Origin: an uncultured Rivularia sp.
GTDB taxonomy: Bacteria; Cyanobacteriota; Cyanobacteriia; Cyanobacteriales; Nostocaceae
Direction of reading: 5' to 3'
DNA length: 64,000 nucleotides
Assembly: GCA_963665115.1 (NCBI GenBank)
Contig: OY762007.1
Location: 6,720,001 to 6,784,000 of the forward strand
This document shows, piece by piece, positions 61,873 to 64,000 of this stretch (position 1 is the first letter of the stretch; the number at the start of each line of letters is the position of its first letter). The notes under the pieces are model-generated. The model was not told where the DNA came from, made no database searches, and was given only the letters and a program-made list of their open reading frames with translations. The translations under genes were made by a program, and so were the position numbers.

Positions 61873-64000
61873 ATGGCAACTCCAACGGTAAGGAGAAGTA
61901 GCAAACAATTGGGACACCCAAAACAACCCCGAAGAACTAATCCGCTTTCGCTTTCTTCGCGGCGGGTTGCGGCTTGGGTAGCAGAAATCACGCTGTGCGC
62001 TGTCAGCGGTTTGGTGCCTTTTGGCATTGGTGCGTATACAAATACTAAAACGAATATGGAGCGTGTACCGCTTAATCCGGTACTGGTAGCAGCAGAAAGA
62101 ACAATTGCTTATCCTTTGGCTTTACCCGTAAGTTATGGTACTCGTAATGTCGCGTGGTCTACGAATTTCTTGTGGACGATCGCAATCTTAGCTCCTCTGT
62201 CACTTTCGTGCTGGCAATGGTATTTGCTAGCTAAAACCGGCAGTACTACTTCTAAGCGTTTGTTTGGCATTAAAGTAGTAACTGAAAAAAATCAACCGCC
62301 CGGTTTTAGGGCTGTTTTGCTGCGGGAAGGAAGTCGTTTTGCTCTACCAATTTCCGTAGCCTATATGTTGTGGCGCTACACTTTTTTGTTTCCAAACCTT
62401 GCTTTTTTCGCGGTATTAGTATTGTTAATGTCGCTTGCTGAAGCAATGGGTTTTCCGATGCTGCGGCAAGGTCGCTCAATTCACGATAGAGTTGCAGATA
62501 CTTATACTGTGGATGCCACCATTCCTTTCAACCCGTCATTATTACGCAGAAGGAATAAATCTAAGTGGGGGCAGGGAGATGAAGAAGCAGCCATAGAATC
62601 AATTGTAGTTACACCCCAAGACCAAGAAAAGGGTAGTTTATGGGTTTGGATGCGGCAAAACCCCAGCCTGACTTTGCTCGGAGTGGCGCTGTTGAGTATG
62701 GCTGGTGTATTAATCACTTTAGTCGGAACTCAAATTTATATTCAAACTAAAGAAAATCAAAAAGCAGTTATCACGAGTAAAAGCAAACAGTTTTTGGCAC
62801 TCGAACAACAATATTATGCCAATTCTGGAGTTAATAAACAAAATACAGTTGTAGCTTTAGGAACCCTTAGAGATACCCAAGCAACCATATTTCTCGCTGG
62901 TTTGCTGGTGAAAGAAAATGACCCAAATTTGTTAAAAAGTATCCAGCAAGCTTTAGTAAGTACTGGTCTTCAAGCCATTCCAGAACTTAAGAGGATGAAT
63001 CTTTTATTAGAACGTGAGTTGGATTCCCTATCTAGTAATCAAACCAGAGAAAGGCAAATTCGAGAAAAAAGTTTGTATGCCAATCAGCAGGCAATTAATA
63101 ATATTCTATCTGTTTATAACGGTAAAACAAATGGTATAGATCTAAGCCGCATCAAATTATCTCAAAACGATTCTACAAAAAATTCTGGTTCCAATTTAGC
63201 GTTAGACAAAGTTGATTTATGGGGAATTGATTTCAAGTACGCAAATTTGGATAAAGCTAGTTTTAGCGGTAGTCGTTTCCGTGGACCCTGGTGAAGATGG
63301 TCGTTGGGATACTTATGATGATTGGATTACCGATTTTAGTCAAGCCCAATTAAAACAAGCCGATTTAAGCGGTGCTAATCTTAGTCGCGTCTTAATGTTT
63401 CGTACTAATTTAAGCCGTGCCAACTTGAATCAAGCCAACTTATCCGCCGCACGTTTGGTTGGTGCCAACCTCAGTAGCGCTAGGTTAGCAAAAGCCGATT
63501 TACGCAATGCTGTTTTAGAAAATGCCAGTCTTACAGGAGCAGATTTAGGTGAAGCGAAATTAAACGATGCCGATTTATACGGCGCTCGTTTAGGTCGCGT
63601 TGTCGCGATTGGGACGCAATTGTCTAACGCTAATTTAATCAAAACCGAATGGCAAGAAGCGGACTTGTCTTCAGCTTATCTTGACCGCGCCAATCTAAGT
63701 AATGCTAATCTAAGTGCCACGCGACTGACTGGTGCTATTTTACGCTCTTCTAACTTGCAGAACGCTAACTTACGAAATGCCGATCTTAGTCTTGCAGATT
63801 TGCGGGGTGCAAATTTAGCAGGAGCAGATTTTCAAGGAACAATACTCTCTCCGAGGCAGCAAAATCCACCAGCAGACAAGTTTGTAGAAACCCCCACTAC
63901 AGGAATTCAATCTGCTGTCATCACAGGAGTTGATTTTAGCCAAGTTAAAAATTTAGACGACAATCAAAAAGCTTATATTTGTACTGAGGGAGGTTTTCAT
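61873..64000 (+). CDS. hglK: RDD-domain + pentapeptide-repeat membrane protein, HglK-like (apparent +1 frameshift at 63286-63288; runs off window)
   Basis: RRVAAW...IHDRVADT RDD motifs and TM helices. After correction, a long A(D/N)Lxx pentapeptide array continues to the window end. Confidence 0.6.

Overview
Filamentous, probably heterocyst-forming cyanobacterial chromosome (frequent HIP1 GCGATCGC, Nostocales-type heptamer tandem repeats, petBD, cpcS, nblB, hglK-like gene). The centrepiece is a complete ~29.8 kb Tn7-like CRISPR-associated transposon (type I-B CAST, I-B2/PmcCAST-like layout) at 12805-42572. It sits 31 bp downstream of tRNA-Ala(GGC) and has 26-bp terminal inverted repeats and a 5-bp CCTGG target-site duplication. 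It encodes a tnsAB fusion, tnsC, tnsD, a separate tniQ with an Xre/C-protein regulator, a cas6-cas8(cas11)-cas7-cas5 operon without cas1/2/3, and a 3-repeat CRISPR array. Its cargo is defence-related: a two-MTase (NPPF/NPPY) type I RM system with an embedded HigBA-like TA pair, GmrSD and an AlbA_2/Schlafen-like protein. Two apparently identical single-ORF IS66-family copies (8-bp TSDs) disrupt cas6 and hsdS, and cas8 has an in-frame stop. The RNA-guided arm therefore looks dead while the TnsD homing arm looks intact. The IS carries a strongly structured non-coding 3' region. Many +1/+2 frameshifts in short homopolymers, including in petB and ruvB, are probably sequencing artefacts.
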